Below the pieces are notes generated by a model that did not search any database, was not told the DNA's origin, and saw nothing but the letters and a program-made list of their open reading frames with translations. A program made the position numbers and the translations under genes. DNA of 63,558 nucleotides from an uncultured Comamonadaceae bacterium (GTDB lineage Bacteria; Pseudomonadota; Alphaproteobacteria; Elsterales; Elsteraceae): positions 1,499 through 65,056 of the forward strand of contig CAYRWZ010000003.1 of NCBI GenBank assembly GCA_964428065.1, in the 5' to 3' direction. Below, one piece after another: positions 10,544 to 18,831 of the stretch. Positions within the stretch are counted from its first letter, which is position 1; every line of letters starts with the position of its first letter.

Positions 10544-11688
10544 CCAGCCGCCCGCCGCATTATGTTTCCGACGCCCCGTTCACCCCGGTCGATGACGATG
10601 TTTCCGCCGCCGAAGCCCAGGCAGCGCTGACCCCGCGCCGCCTGATGTGGCTGCGCTTCCGCCGCCACCGGCTGGCGGTGATTTCGGGGATTTTCCTGCT
10701 GCTGGCCTATGCCTCGACCCTGTTTACCGAATTTCTGGCCCCCTATGGCCTGAACAGCCGCAACAGCGAGTTCATTCTGGCCCCGCCCCAGGCGATCCAT
10801 CTGTTCCACGAGGGGCGCTTCGTCGGCCCGTTCGTCTATGGCCTGGATTACCGGCTGAACCTGGACACGATGAAGCGCGAATACACGCCGGACCCGACCG
10901 ATGTGCAGCCCTTGCGCTTTTTCTGCCGGGGGGAGCGGTATCGCTTCTGGGGCGCGATCGAAAGCGACCTGCATCTGGTGTGCGCCGCGCCCGGCGGCAC
11001 GGCCTATTTCCTGGGCACCGACCGGCTGGGCCGGGACATGGTATCGCGGATTCTGTACGGCGCGCGCATTTCGCTGACCATCGGCCTGCTGGGCGTGACC
11101 ATCAGCCTGGTGCTGGGCGTGGTGCTGGGCGGGATCGCCGGTTTCTATGGCGGGATGACCGACAGCATCATCCAGCGGGTGATCGAAATTCTGCGGTCGT
11201 TCCCGGAATTGCCGCTGTGGATGGCGCTGTCGGCGGCCTTGCCGGTCGATTGGTCGCCCTTGTGGATCTATTTCGGCATCACCGTGATCCTGGGCCTGCT
11301 GGACTGGACCGGCCTGGCCCGCGCCGTGCGCTCGAAGCTGATGAGCCTGCGCGAGGAAGATTTCTGCACTGCCGCCAAGCTGATGGGGGCAAGCCCGACG
11401 CGGATTGTCGGCCGCCATCTTTTGCCCAATTTTTCCAGCCATATCATTGCATCGGCCACCCTGTCCGTGCCGTCGATGATCCTGGGCGAAACCGCGCTCA
11501 GCTTCCTTGGCCTCGGTCTGCGGGCGCCGATCACAAGCTGGGGGGTATTGCTGGCGGAAGCGCAGAATATCAACGTGGTCGTGCTGTATCCCTGGCTTTT
11601 GCTTCCTGTCGTTCCAGTTGTTCTGGTGGTCCTAGCCTTCAACTTCCTGGGAGATGGATTGCGTGACGCAGCCGACCCCTACAGCTGA
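10540..11688 (+). CDS. ABC transporter permease (YejE-like)
   Basis: Long N-terminal extension, then Dpp/Opp-type permease TM segments including an EAA-like region (AAKLMGASPTRIVGRHLLPN). Translationally coupled to the upstream permease. Confidence 0.9.
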   Translation: MTSRPPHYVSDAPFTPVDDDVSAAEAQAALTPRRLMWLRFRRHRLAVISGIFLLLAYASTLFTEFLAPYGLNSRNSEFILAPPQAIHLFHEGRFVGPFVYGLDYRLNLDTMKREYTPDPTDVQPLRFFCRGERYRFWGAIESDLHLVCAAPGGTAYFLGTDRLGRDMVSRILYGARISLTIGLLGVTISLVLGVVLGGIAGFYGGMTDSIIQRVIEILRSFPELPLWMALSAALPVDWSPLWIYFGITVILGLLDWTGLARAVRSKLMSLREEDFCTAAKLMGASPTRIVGRHLLPNFSSHIIASATLSVPSMILGETALSFLGLGLRAPITSWGVLLAEAQNINVVVLYPWLLLPVVPVVLVVLAFNFLGDGLRDAADPYS

Positions 11689-13750
11689 GGTTCTGTCTAC
11701 CGCCCAGAGTAACCCCCGGATCGCGGCGCCCTATGATGCGTCGGCGGGGATGGTGCGGCGGCTGATCTGGTGGGCGCGCTGCTGGTTCAGCGGTGCGCGC
11801 ATGCCCGTCACCCGCCTGCTGGTCTTGAGTTTCGGCAGCCTGACGGTGATCTCGGTCGCGCTGGTGCTGTGGCTTGCTCTGGGGGAGCTGCGGCGGGGTA
11901 CCATCTCGCTGGCCAACGAGCGGGCGGACCGCATCCTGGCGCGGGTGGAACAGGTGACCCAGGACATCATCATGCCGGTGGACCGCACCATGCGCGTGTT
12001 CACCGATGGGGTGGCCGACGGCCGGATCGATGTGCTGGACCAGCGCCAACTGGAAACCGCGCTGTCGGGCGCCCTGTTTTCCAACCCGCAACTGACGGCG
12101 GTCGGGTTCGTCACCCCGGATCTCAAAGTGTTTCGCGTGGCGCGGGACGGCCAGCGGTTGGTGCAGGAAACCGTGGGCCGCATGTCGTCGCTGGAAGATT
12201 CGCTGCGCCGGGCGGCCACCAGCCGGCGGCCGGAATGGATCGCGCCGTTCTATAACCGCGCGCTGCGGCAGACCGTCCTTCAGGTCCGCTATCCGGTCTA
12301 TGACGAAAATGACCGGCTGGCCGGGCTGCTGGTGCCGGTCATGGGCGTCGGCACGATTTCCAGCTATCTGACCGCCCTGTCGCAAAACACCGGACACACC
12401 GCCTTTATCCTGTACAACCGGGAATGGGTGCTGGCGCATCCCTATCTCGACACCGAATTCGATATGGGATCGACCGAACGCCCCTTGCCCCGGCTGGACG
12501 ATCTGGCCGATCCGGTCCTGAGTTCGATCTGGCAGGAGCATCGGTCGGCCCTGCCAAAGCAGATTCTGGCCAATCAGGGGGTCGGCAAACAGGCCGATCT
12601 GCCCCAGGGGGAATTCTGGTTCCTATACCGCGATCTCCAGGTTGCGCCGGAGGTGTACTGGACGCTCGGCACCTATTTCGAAGGCACGCCGGTGGACCGG
12701 GAAATCCAGCGGTTGCGCGCCATCGCCATGGTCGGCATGGGCATCCTTTTGACCGCGCTGTTTCTGGCCGTGCTGGTGGGCAAGCGGGTCAGCCGCCCGA
12801 TCCTGCATTTCGCCGAAGCGGCAGAGCGGGTGCGGCAAGGGGAACTTGATGCGCTACCGCCGCTGGCACGCACCCGGATCAAGGAATTCGATGTCGCCGC
12901 CCGCGCCTTTAACGAAATGGTCGCTGGGCTGAAGGACAGGGAACGGATCCGCGATCTGTTCGGCCGCTATGTCCCGAACGAAGTGGCGGATCGGCTGCTG
13001 CACGACCCCGCGCGCCTGTCGCTGGCGGGCGAACGGCGGGAGGTGAGCCTGATGTTCACCGATATTGCCGGGTTCACCAGCGTGTCGGAATCCCACGCGC
13101 CGGAAACCGTGTTTCCCCTGTTGAACCAATATCTGGAAGGGGTGTGCGGCCTGGTCGCCGGGCATGGCGGCATTGTGATCGATTTCATCGGCGATGCGGT
13201 GTTTGCGGTGTTCGGCGCACCGGAATCGCTGGACAATCATGCTGCATCGGCCCTTGCCGCCGCCCGCGCCATCGATGCCTTCGGCCGCCGCTTTGCCGAG
13301 GACCGCCAGCGGCAGAACATTCCCTGGGGCGTCACCCGCATCGGCATCAACAGCGGCACCGCCACGGTCGGCAATGTCGGGTCCGAAGCGCGGATGAAGT
13401 ATGGCGTGACGGGCGATGTGGTAAACACCGCCTCGCGGCTGGAAGGGGCGAACAAGCTGTTCGGCACCTCCGTCATCGCCAGCGCGGCGACCGTCTCCGC
13501 AGTCAAGGATACGGCATGCCGCCCGCTGGGCCCAGTGATGCTGCGGGGGCGGAGCGAGCCAGTCACCGTCTATGAAATTCTGCCCGCCGATCCGGCCCCG
13601 GCAGAGCGGGAGCGGATTGCCCATTATTGCGCGGCCTTTACTGCCCCCGGCATCGATGCGCTGACCGACTATTGCGCCCGCCATCCGGGGGACAGCGCCG
13701 CTCGCACAGTTCTGACCGCCCGGCGGCAGGGCGAAATTCCCTTAGCTTAG
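11654..13750 (+). CDS. Membrane sensor adenylate/guanylate cyclase (class III) with periplasmic sensor and HAMP domains
   Basis: TM, about 300-aa extracytoplasmic region, TM, HAMP-like segment (FNEMVAGLKDRE), then the cyclase core (VSLMFTDIAGFTS..GDAVFAVFGAP..IGINSGTATVGNVGS..YGVTGDVVNTASRLE). Start uncertain (11654, 11750 or 11801). Confidence 0.85.
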   Translation: MDCVTQPTPTAEVLSTAQSNPRIAAPYDASAGMVRRLIWWARCWFSGARMPVTRLLVLSFGSLTVISVALVLWLALGELRRGTISLANERADRILARVEQVTQDIIMPVDRTMRVFTDGVADGRIDVLDQRQLETALSGALFSNPQLTAVGFVTPDLKVFRVARDGQRLVQETVGRMSSLEDSLRRAATSRRPEWIAPFYNRALRQTVLQVRYPVYDENDRLAGLLVPVMGVGTISSYLTALSQNTGHTAFILYNREWVLAHPYLDTEFDMGSTERPLPRLDDLADPVLSSIWQEHRSALPKQILANQGVGKQADLPQGEFWFLYRDLQVAPEVYWTLGTYFEGTPVDREIQRLRAIAMVGMGILLTALFLAVLVGKRVSRPILHFAEAAERVRQGELDALPPLARTRIKEFDVAARAFNEMVAGLKDRERIRDLFGRYVPNEVADRLLHDPARLSLAGERREVSLMFTDIAGFTSVSESHAPETVFPLLNQYLEGVCGLVAGHGGIVIDFIGDAVFAVFGAPESLDNHAASALAAARAIDAFGRRFAEDRQRQNIPWGVTRIGINSGTATVGNVGSEARMKYGVTGDVVNTASRLEGANKLFGTSVIASAATVSAVKDTACRPLGPVMLRGRSEPVTVYEILPADPAPAERERIAHYCAAFTAPGIDALTDYCARHPGDSAARTVLTARRQGEIPLA

Positions 13751-13791
13751 ACCCTTTGCGCAGGCATTATCGGCCTATCGGGCCAAGAGCA

Positions 13792-14355
13792 TTATTGGGC
13801 TAAGAACAGGCGCCAGTTCGTGCCCTTGCCCAGGGTGGTCAGGCGGCAGCTGTCCATCAGGGTCCAGCCGGGGGAGGACAGTTCCTCCGCCACCTGGGCC
13901 AGGCAGCGCGCCGCGCCGCCCGATGCCTTTTCGTACATGGACACCACCATCACGCCGCCCGGGGCCAGCGCCCGGCGATAGCGGCGCAGTTCCGCCGCCG
14001 GATCGTCGGTGAAGAACAGCACTTCGTTGAACAGGATCGCATCGAACTGGCCATCGGGCTGAAACCCGGCCAGATCGGCGCAAACCAGATTGCCACCGGC
14101 CGGCAGGCCCTGGAATTTCGCCAGCGCCTCGGCCGAAATATCGACCCCGACATAGCGGGTCAGCGGCAGGCCGGCCAGATAGGGGATCAAGGCGCCATCG
14201 CCGCAGCCAATATCCAACAGGGAGGCAGGCTTCCCCCCCTGCGCCTGCATCAGATAGGACAGAACGATGCCATAGCGCGGCGCTTCCCGCAGGCGGTGCA
14301 GGAAATCCCACCGTCCGTCCCGATATTCCTGATCCCAGCGCGCTGCTTCCGACAT
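13792..14355 (-). CDS. Class I SAM-dependent methyltransferase
   Basis: Motif I LLDIGCGDGALIPYL, plus DAILFNEVLFF and LAPGGVMVVS. ATG 14355 is preceded by a strong SD (GGGAAGGGGAGAG). The track ORF extends to TTG 14442. Confidence 0.8.
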   Translation of the reverse strand: MSEAARWDQEYRDGRWDFLHRLREAPRYGIVLSYLMQAQGGKPASLLDIGCGDGALIPYLAGLPLTRYVGVDISAEALAKFQGLPAGGNLVCADLAGFQPDGQFDAILFNEVLFFTDDPAAELRRYRRALAPGGVMVVSMYEKASGGAARCLAQVAEELSSPGWTLMDSCRLTTLGKGTNWRLFLAQ

Positions 14356-14438
14356 CCCCACTCTCCCCTTCCCAAAAGATAAGGCGGGTGTACCCACCCG
14401 CCTTGGAGAGATCAAGCTGGATTGCAGATTTGGCCCGT

Positions 14439-14690
14439 TCAAGCGGCGTGTACCGCCACCCGTTCCACATGGTCCAGGGCATAAAGGCGCAACAGGGTGG
14501 ACAGCGACGGGCCGGTCCGGTCCGCGACATCCATGGTCTCTGCCAGCCGCGTCACCACCTGTTCCAGGCTTTCGCCGCGACGGTCGGCGGTTTCATCGAC
14601 CATCCGCCACAGGATCGGCTCCAGCCGGACAGTGACCGTGCGCTCCCCCAGGCGCAGACGACGGGCGATCGGGGTGATATCGGCAATCAT
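14439..14690 (-). CDS. Small ribbon-helix-helix (RHH_4-like) protein, translationally coupled to luxI-family gene
   Basis: 83 aa. RTVTVRLEPILWRMVDETADRRGESLEQVVTRLAE fits the beta-strand plus two-helix RHH pattern. Its ATG overlaps the synthase stop (ATGA at 14687-14690). Confidence 0.68.
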   Translation of the reverse strand: MIADITPIARRLRLGERTVTVRLEPILWRMVDETADRRGESLEQVVTRLAETMDVADRTGPSLSTLLRLYALDHVERVAVHAA

Positions 14691-15343
14691 GCGGCCACCT
14701 TTTCGGACTTGCGGCCCGGCACGGCCACACCCTCCGGGATGACCAGAACGGAATGATCGAAACCACCCCCGGCACGCACCGTCGCCAGGGTTTCGGCAGA
14801 GGTTTCAACCAGGCCGGCAACCGCGCGGGTATTGCCAATGTCGTGCACATCGCCGACGCGGCGGAACGGCCACCCGGCCCGGCGCAGGATGCGTTCCATG
14901 CGGATATCAGTCACGGTTACGATATCGGTCAGCCCCCAGGCCATGCCGAATTCGATCATGCCGGCGAACAATTCCCAGGTGGCAACCGCCAGCCCGCCCG
15001 CCGCCTTGGGCGCATCGGCCGGCAGATCGGAGGCGAACCGGCTGCTTTCCCAGATCACCGGGCTGGCCGGGGCCGGGCCATGGCACAGGACCGGAAAGAC
15101 ATCGCGCAGCATATTGGCGCCCATACTGGGCAGCAGCCGCACACATCCGGTCACCCGACCGGATTCATCAACCTGGATCAGATAATTCGGGTTATAACTG
15201 TCAAACTCATCAATTTCCATGTCATTACTGACAAGAACATCCCATTCAAGACGACCCTTGAATACTCTGCCCCGTAGTTTGTGCATTTCAACCAGAAGGC
15301 CCGCATACTGGTCAGCTACATCAGAAGTAATCAGATAGATCAT
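14687..15343 (-). CDS. Acyl-homoserine-lactone synthase (LuxI family)
   Basis: MIYLITSDVADQYAGLLVEMHKLRGRVFKGRLEWDV..DEFD..YLIQVDESGRVTGCVRLLP..WESSRFA..TVTDIRMERILRRAGWPF are autoinducer-synthase hallmarks. ATG 15343 follows SD GGAGG. The 5-prime part is visibly AT-richer than its surroundings. Confidence 0.9.
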   Translation of the reverse strand: MIYLITSDVADQYAGLLVEMHKLRGRVFKGRLEWDVLVSNDMEIDEFDSYNPNYLIQVDESGRVTGCVRLLPSMGANMLRDVFPVLCHGPAPASPVIWESSRFASDLPADAPKAAGGLAVATWELFAGMIEFGMAWGLTDIVTVTDIRMERILRRAGWPFRRVGDVHDIGNTRAVAGLVETSAETLATVRAGGGFDHSVLVIPEGVAVPGRKSEKVAA

Positions 15344-15409
15344 CCTGCACCTCCATAGATTGTGCAGAATACATATCATCTTATGATTGAGCCGCGAACT
15401 ATACGAAAG

Positions 15410-15425
15410 TAGGGTGACGACCCTA
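15410..15425. promoter_or_regulatory. Inverted repeat TAGGGT-N4-ACCCTA upstream of luxI-family gene (candidate LuxR-type box)
   Basis: Arms TAGGGT/ACCCTA with a 4-nt spacer, 67-82 nt upstream of ATG 15343 and just upstream of a TATAGT -10-like hexamer (minus strand, 15398-15403). Additional AGGGT-like half-sites lie at 15436-15447. Confidence 0.3.
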
Positions 15426-15591
15426 GCTAAATCAAAGGGTTAGGGGTTCGGCATAGCCGGATACTGCAAAGATGCGGAGAAATCCCGCAATATGCGGGTC
15501 ATTCAATAGTGGGATTTACAGGAAGCGCTCGCCGTCCGCCCCGCAGCCGGCAGGGATGGCCGACGGAATCGCCGGGGACGGGTGGCCGGGT

Positions 15592-16320
15592 CTAGGGGTT
15601 CAGCAGACCCAGCATCATGGCACGGGCAACGCACTGGACCAGATTGACCGCATCCAGCTTTCGCTTGGCGTTCTCAACATGATAGACCGCCGTCGCCCGG
15701 CTGAGGCCCATGGCATCGGCCGCTTCGGCAATGCTTTTGCCGCGCGCGATCCACTCCAGACATTCGACTTCGCGTTCCGACAGTTTCACGCCGTTCAGGG
15801 CAACCGGTTCCAGCAGTTTGCGGCGGGCATGGGCGTGAAAATGCAGGCAGGCGATATGCAGCAGATCGCGATGCCGGGCAATCAGCCGTTCGAAGCTGCG
15901 CTCGGTCTCATTGGTCGCCAGGGTCAGCATGGCCGGCCGGCCGCGATTGTCGTGCACCGGCACCGTAAAGCCATAGGAAACGCCGAAACTGTCCGCTTCG
16001 TCGAACAGATCGCGGGCGACGCCGCGCAATCCCTTGCGGAAATTGCTGGTGCCCCAGGTGAACGGCATGATACCGCCTGCGCCATCCCGGATCACTGGAT
16101 CGACCCGATCATACCGGCGCGAGATATAGGTCGTCACCCAGGAAGGATCGTAGTTGGAAACGTAGATCGGCTCGTTCCGCAGGTTGTTCCCCGGCGGATA
16201 GCCCAGATAGGCGAAATGCGGCAAACCGAAATTCTGCCCAGCGCGCGCCAGGGCCGCAGACAGGGCCTCGGAGGTGTCGGCTGCCGCAAGGTCGGACAGA
16301 AAGGTGGACAGAATGCTCAT
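15592..16320 (-). CDS. LuxR-family transcriptional regulator (autoinducer-binding domain plus C-terminal HTH)
   Basis: 242 aa. N-terminal autoinducer-binding region (FAYLGY..YDPSWVTTYISRRYDRVDPV) and C-terminal LuxR HTH (LSEREVECLEWIARGKSIAEAADAMGLSRATAVYHVENAKRKL). Confidence 0.9.
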   Translation of the reverse strand: MSILSTFLSDLAAADTSEALSAALARAGQNFGLPHFAYLGYPPGNNLRNEPIYVSNYDPSWVTTYISRRYDRVDPVIRDGAGGIMPFTWGTSNFRKGLRGVARDLFDEADSFGVSYGFTVPVHDNRGRPAMLTLATNETERSFERLIARHRDLLHIACLHFHAHARRKLLEPVALNGVKLSEREVECLEWIARGKSIAEAADAMGLSRATAVYHVENAKRKLDAVNLVQCVARAMMLGLLNP

Positions 16321-16473
16321 GTGCCGCGCCGTTGAACATCACCCGGATCAGGTTCGGGCCAGAATAACGAATACAATGTTATTTATCGGTTAATGGCGTA
16401 TTCTCCACATGCAAAAAAATTACATATATTCATCCGCTGGTTGCGATAGTCTTTTTGTACTGGAGTATCACCC

Positions 16474-17064
16474 ATGCCACAAACATCGCGCCAACGCATG
16501 ACCGCGTCAACGCCTGGCCCAGGCGGCGGGCTGGCCGGCCTGTCGGCGGCGCATGACCTTGTTCTGGCGTTACGCAAAACGCCGCTGACCCTGCAGCAGA
16601 AACACTATCTGGAAGCGTTGCTGGACCTGCTGGTCCAGGCACAGCAGGAGGCGCAGGCGCTGATGCCCGCCGCCGGCGGGGGTGATTCGGACAGGCTGCG
16701 CACCAGCTTCGGCGATCTGCCGCTGATCGATCCGACCCTGATGCAGGAACTGCATCAGGTGCTGGGGGCCAACGGGGTGCGTTCGATGGTCAAGCAGTTC
16801 CTGGCAACGGCCGGCGACCTGGTGACCACGGCGGAAACGGCCGCGACCAACGGGGATCTGGATGGGCTGGGCCATGCCAGCCATTCCCTGGTCGGTGCCG
16901 CCGGGGCCGTCGGCCTGTCGCATCTGGCCCGCATCAGCCGCGACATCATGACTGCCCTGCGGTCCGACGATCCGGCCAAGGCGCTGCATCTGCTGGAAAG
17001 TCTGCGTCCTGTCTATGCGCACTCGGTCACCGCATTAACCGACCATCTGCGGACTGCGGAGTGA
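16474..17064 (+). CDS. Hpt (histidine phosphotransfer) domain protein
   Basis: 196 aa. The C-terminal four-helix region with LGHASHSLVGAAGAVGLSHLARISRDI matches the Hpt motif (H-x-L-K/x-G-x-A). Confidence 0.72.
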   Translation: MPQTSRQRMTASTPGPGGGLAGLSAAHDLVLALRKTPLTLQQKHYLEALLDLLVQAQQEAQALMPAAGGGDSDRLRTSFGDLPLIDPTLMQELHQVLGANGVRSMVKQFLATAGDLVTTAETAATNGDLDGLGHASHSLVGAAGAVGLSHLARISRDIMTALRSDDPAKALHLLESLRPVYAHSVTALTDHLRTAE

Positions 17065-17092
17065 GCGCCATCCATTTTCGCGCTGGAAAATT

Positions 17093-17111
17093 GCAATAGT
17101 ATAACATATGC
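17093..17111. promoter_or_regulatory. AT-rich Zur-box-like element upstream of the ZnuA-like gene
   Basis: GCAATAGTATAACATATGC lies about 35 nt upstream of ATG 17143. The right half, TATAACATAT, resembles the alphaproteobacterial Zur-box core as I recall it; the left half is imperfect. Confidence 0.3.
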
Positions 17112-17142
17112 CAACCCGATATCTCTCCGGTATCCGCACCAC

Positions 17143-18120
17143 ATGAGTTGTCCCATGGTCCCCCCCCAGAAACCCATCCCGTCCGTCGCCGTTTCCGCCC
17201 GACGCTCACAAGCGGCGGGCATCTGTCTGGCGCTGGCCTGTCTGGCTGCGGCACTGGCATTCCCCCGGCGTCCCGCTGCCGCCGAACCGGTGCCGGTGGT
17301 CGCCAGCTTTTCGATCCTGGGCGATATCACCCGGCAGATTGCCGGCAGCGCCGCACAGGTGAAAACGCTGGTCGGCCCGGATGCCGATGCCCATGTGTTC
17401 CAGCCAACCCCGGCCGATGCCCGCGCGGTTGGGGAGGCGAAGCTGCTGGTCAGCAACGGCCTGGGGTTTGATCGCTGGATCGATCGGCTGGCGAAATCCT
17501 CCAAAACCAAGGCGGTGCAGGTGGTGGCAACCAAGGGCCTGACCCCGCTGAAGGCCAAGGAAACCCATACCCACGGGCATGACCATGGCTCGGTCGATCC
17601 CCATGCCTGGCATGATCTGCGCCTGATCGAAACCTATGCCGCCAACATTGCGCAGGGGCTGATCCAGGTGGCGCCCGGCAGCCGGGCCGGGATCGAGGCA
17701 CGGGCGGCGGACTATACCAGGCAGGCCCTGGCACTGGATGCCGATATCCGCAGCCGTCTGCAGGCGATCCCGGCCGATAAGCGCCGGGTCATCACCTCCC
17801 ACGATGCCTTTGCCTATTTCGGCGCCGCCTATGGCGTCACCTTCCGCTCGGCCCAGGGCCTGTCCACCGATGGGGAGCCGTCGGCGAGGCAGGTTGCCGG
17901 CCTGATCCGGCAGATCCGCACGGAAAGAACCAAGGCCATTTTCGTTGAAAACATGAACGACCCACGCCTGGTGGAGCAGGTCGCCAAAGAGGCCGGTGCA
18001 ACCGTGGGCGGCAAGCTCTATTCCGATGCCCTGTCCGCCCCCGGCGGGGAGGCGGCAACCTATCTGGATCTGATGAGGCGCAACGCCGACCGGCTGATCG
18101 CCGCCATGCAGGCGAACTGA
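17143..18120 (+). CDS. Metal (zinc/manganese) ABC transporter substrate-binding protein, ZnuA/TroA family
   Basis: Signal peptide, ASFSILGDITRQI, a His-rich loop KETHTHGHDHGSVDPHAWHD, and SHDAFAYFG..VENMNDPRL. No cognate permease or ATPase is adjacent. Confidence 0.85.
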   Translation: MSCPMVPPQKPIPSVAVSARRSQAAGICLALACLAAALAFPRRPAAAEPVPVVASFSILGDITRQIAGSAAQVKTLVGPDADAHVFQPTPADARAVGEAKLLVSNGLGFDRWIDRLAKSSKTKAVQVVATKGLTPLKAKETHTHGHDHGSVDPHAWHDLRLIETYAANIAQGLIQVAPGSRAGIEARAADYTRQALALDADIRSRLQAIPADKRRVITSHDAFAYFGAAYGVTFRSAQGLSTDGEPSARQVAGLIRQIRTERTKAIFVENMNDPRLVEQVAKEAGATVGGKLYSDALSAPGGEAATYLDLMRRNADRLIAAMQAN

Positions 18121-18158
18121 CCCGCCGCGCGGGAAATCTGGAAACCGGCCGGCATCCT

Positions 18159-18174
18159 GCCTATAGCTATAGGC
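18159..18174. promoter_or_regulatory. Perfect 16-bp palindrome GCCTATAGCTATAGGC upstream of the DUF1007/NicO genes
   Basis: Exact self-complementarity checked base by base. It lies in the 66-nt gap between the ZnuA-like stop and the DUF1007 start, and shares an ATAG..TATA core with the element at 17093-17111. Confidence 0.35.
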
Positions 18175-18186
18175 GGATCAAAAAAA

Positions 18187-18831
18187 GTGGCGGGGATGGT
18201 CTGGATGGGAAATCGAATGACGATGCGGGCCGCATGCATCGCGTGCGCGGCGCTGTTGCTGGCGGCCCTGGCGGCGCTTCGCCCGGCGGCAGCGCACCCC
18301 CATGTGTTCATCGAAAACAATTTCGAGATTCTCTATGACCAGCGCGGCCTGTTCGGGGTCGAGATCGTCTGGCGCTGGGATGAGATTTACTCCGCCCCCT
18401 GGATCGAAGCGCATGACGCCAACCGCAATGGCCGGTTCGAGGCAGAGGAAGTGAAGGCGTTTCTGGCCCAGGAAGTGGCCGATCCGCAGAATTTCCGCCT
18501 GTTCGTCTTTCTGCGTCAGGGGCCGGTGCGGCACGAGTTCGACCGGGTGAGCAACATGAGCGTCGCAATCGACGGCAAGCAGGTTGTCTATCGCTTCCGC
18601 GTGCTGTTCAAAGCGCCGCTGGATACAGATGCCGCCATGCGCGGCTTCACCCTGGGGGCCTATGATCCCGAATGGTATATCGATGTCTCGTTCCGCGCAG
18701 GGCAGCCGCCCGCCACCCTGTCCGGCGCGCCGCCGGGCTGCAAAGCGGTAGAGACGACCGACGATGACAACCGCATTTTCAGCGGCCTGATTTCCCCGCC
18801 GATTGTGAAGGTCACATGCGCCACCTCCTAA
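18187..18831 (+). CDS. DUF1007 family periplasmic protein (partner of NicO-type metal transporters)
   Basis: Signal peptide, then AHPHVFIENNFEILYD, typical of DUF1007. Overlaps the downstream transporter gene by 16 nt. Start uncertain (GTG 18187, ATG 18196 or ATG 18223). Confidence 0.78.
   Translation: MAGMVWMGNRMTMRAACIACAALLLAALAALRPAAAHPHVFIENNFEILYDQRGLFGVEIVWRWDEIYSAPWIEAHDANRNGRFEAEEVKAFLAQEVADPQNFRLFVFLRQGPVRHEFDRVSNMSVAIDGKQVVYRFRVLFKAPLDTDAAMRGFTLGAYDPEWYIDVSFRAGQPPATLSGAPPGCKAVETTDDDNRIFSGLISPPIVKVTCATS

Noticed and set aside
2312-13750. Class III cyclase plus cNMP-binding protein as a Pycsar/CBASS-like defence pair
   Set aside because: The cyclase has a periplasmic sensor and a HAMP domain, so it has signalling architecture. 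The two genes are about 9 kb apart on opposite strands, separated by a transport operon. The cNMP protein has no effector domain.
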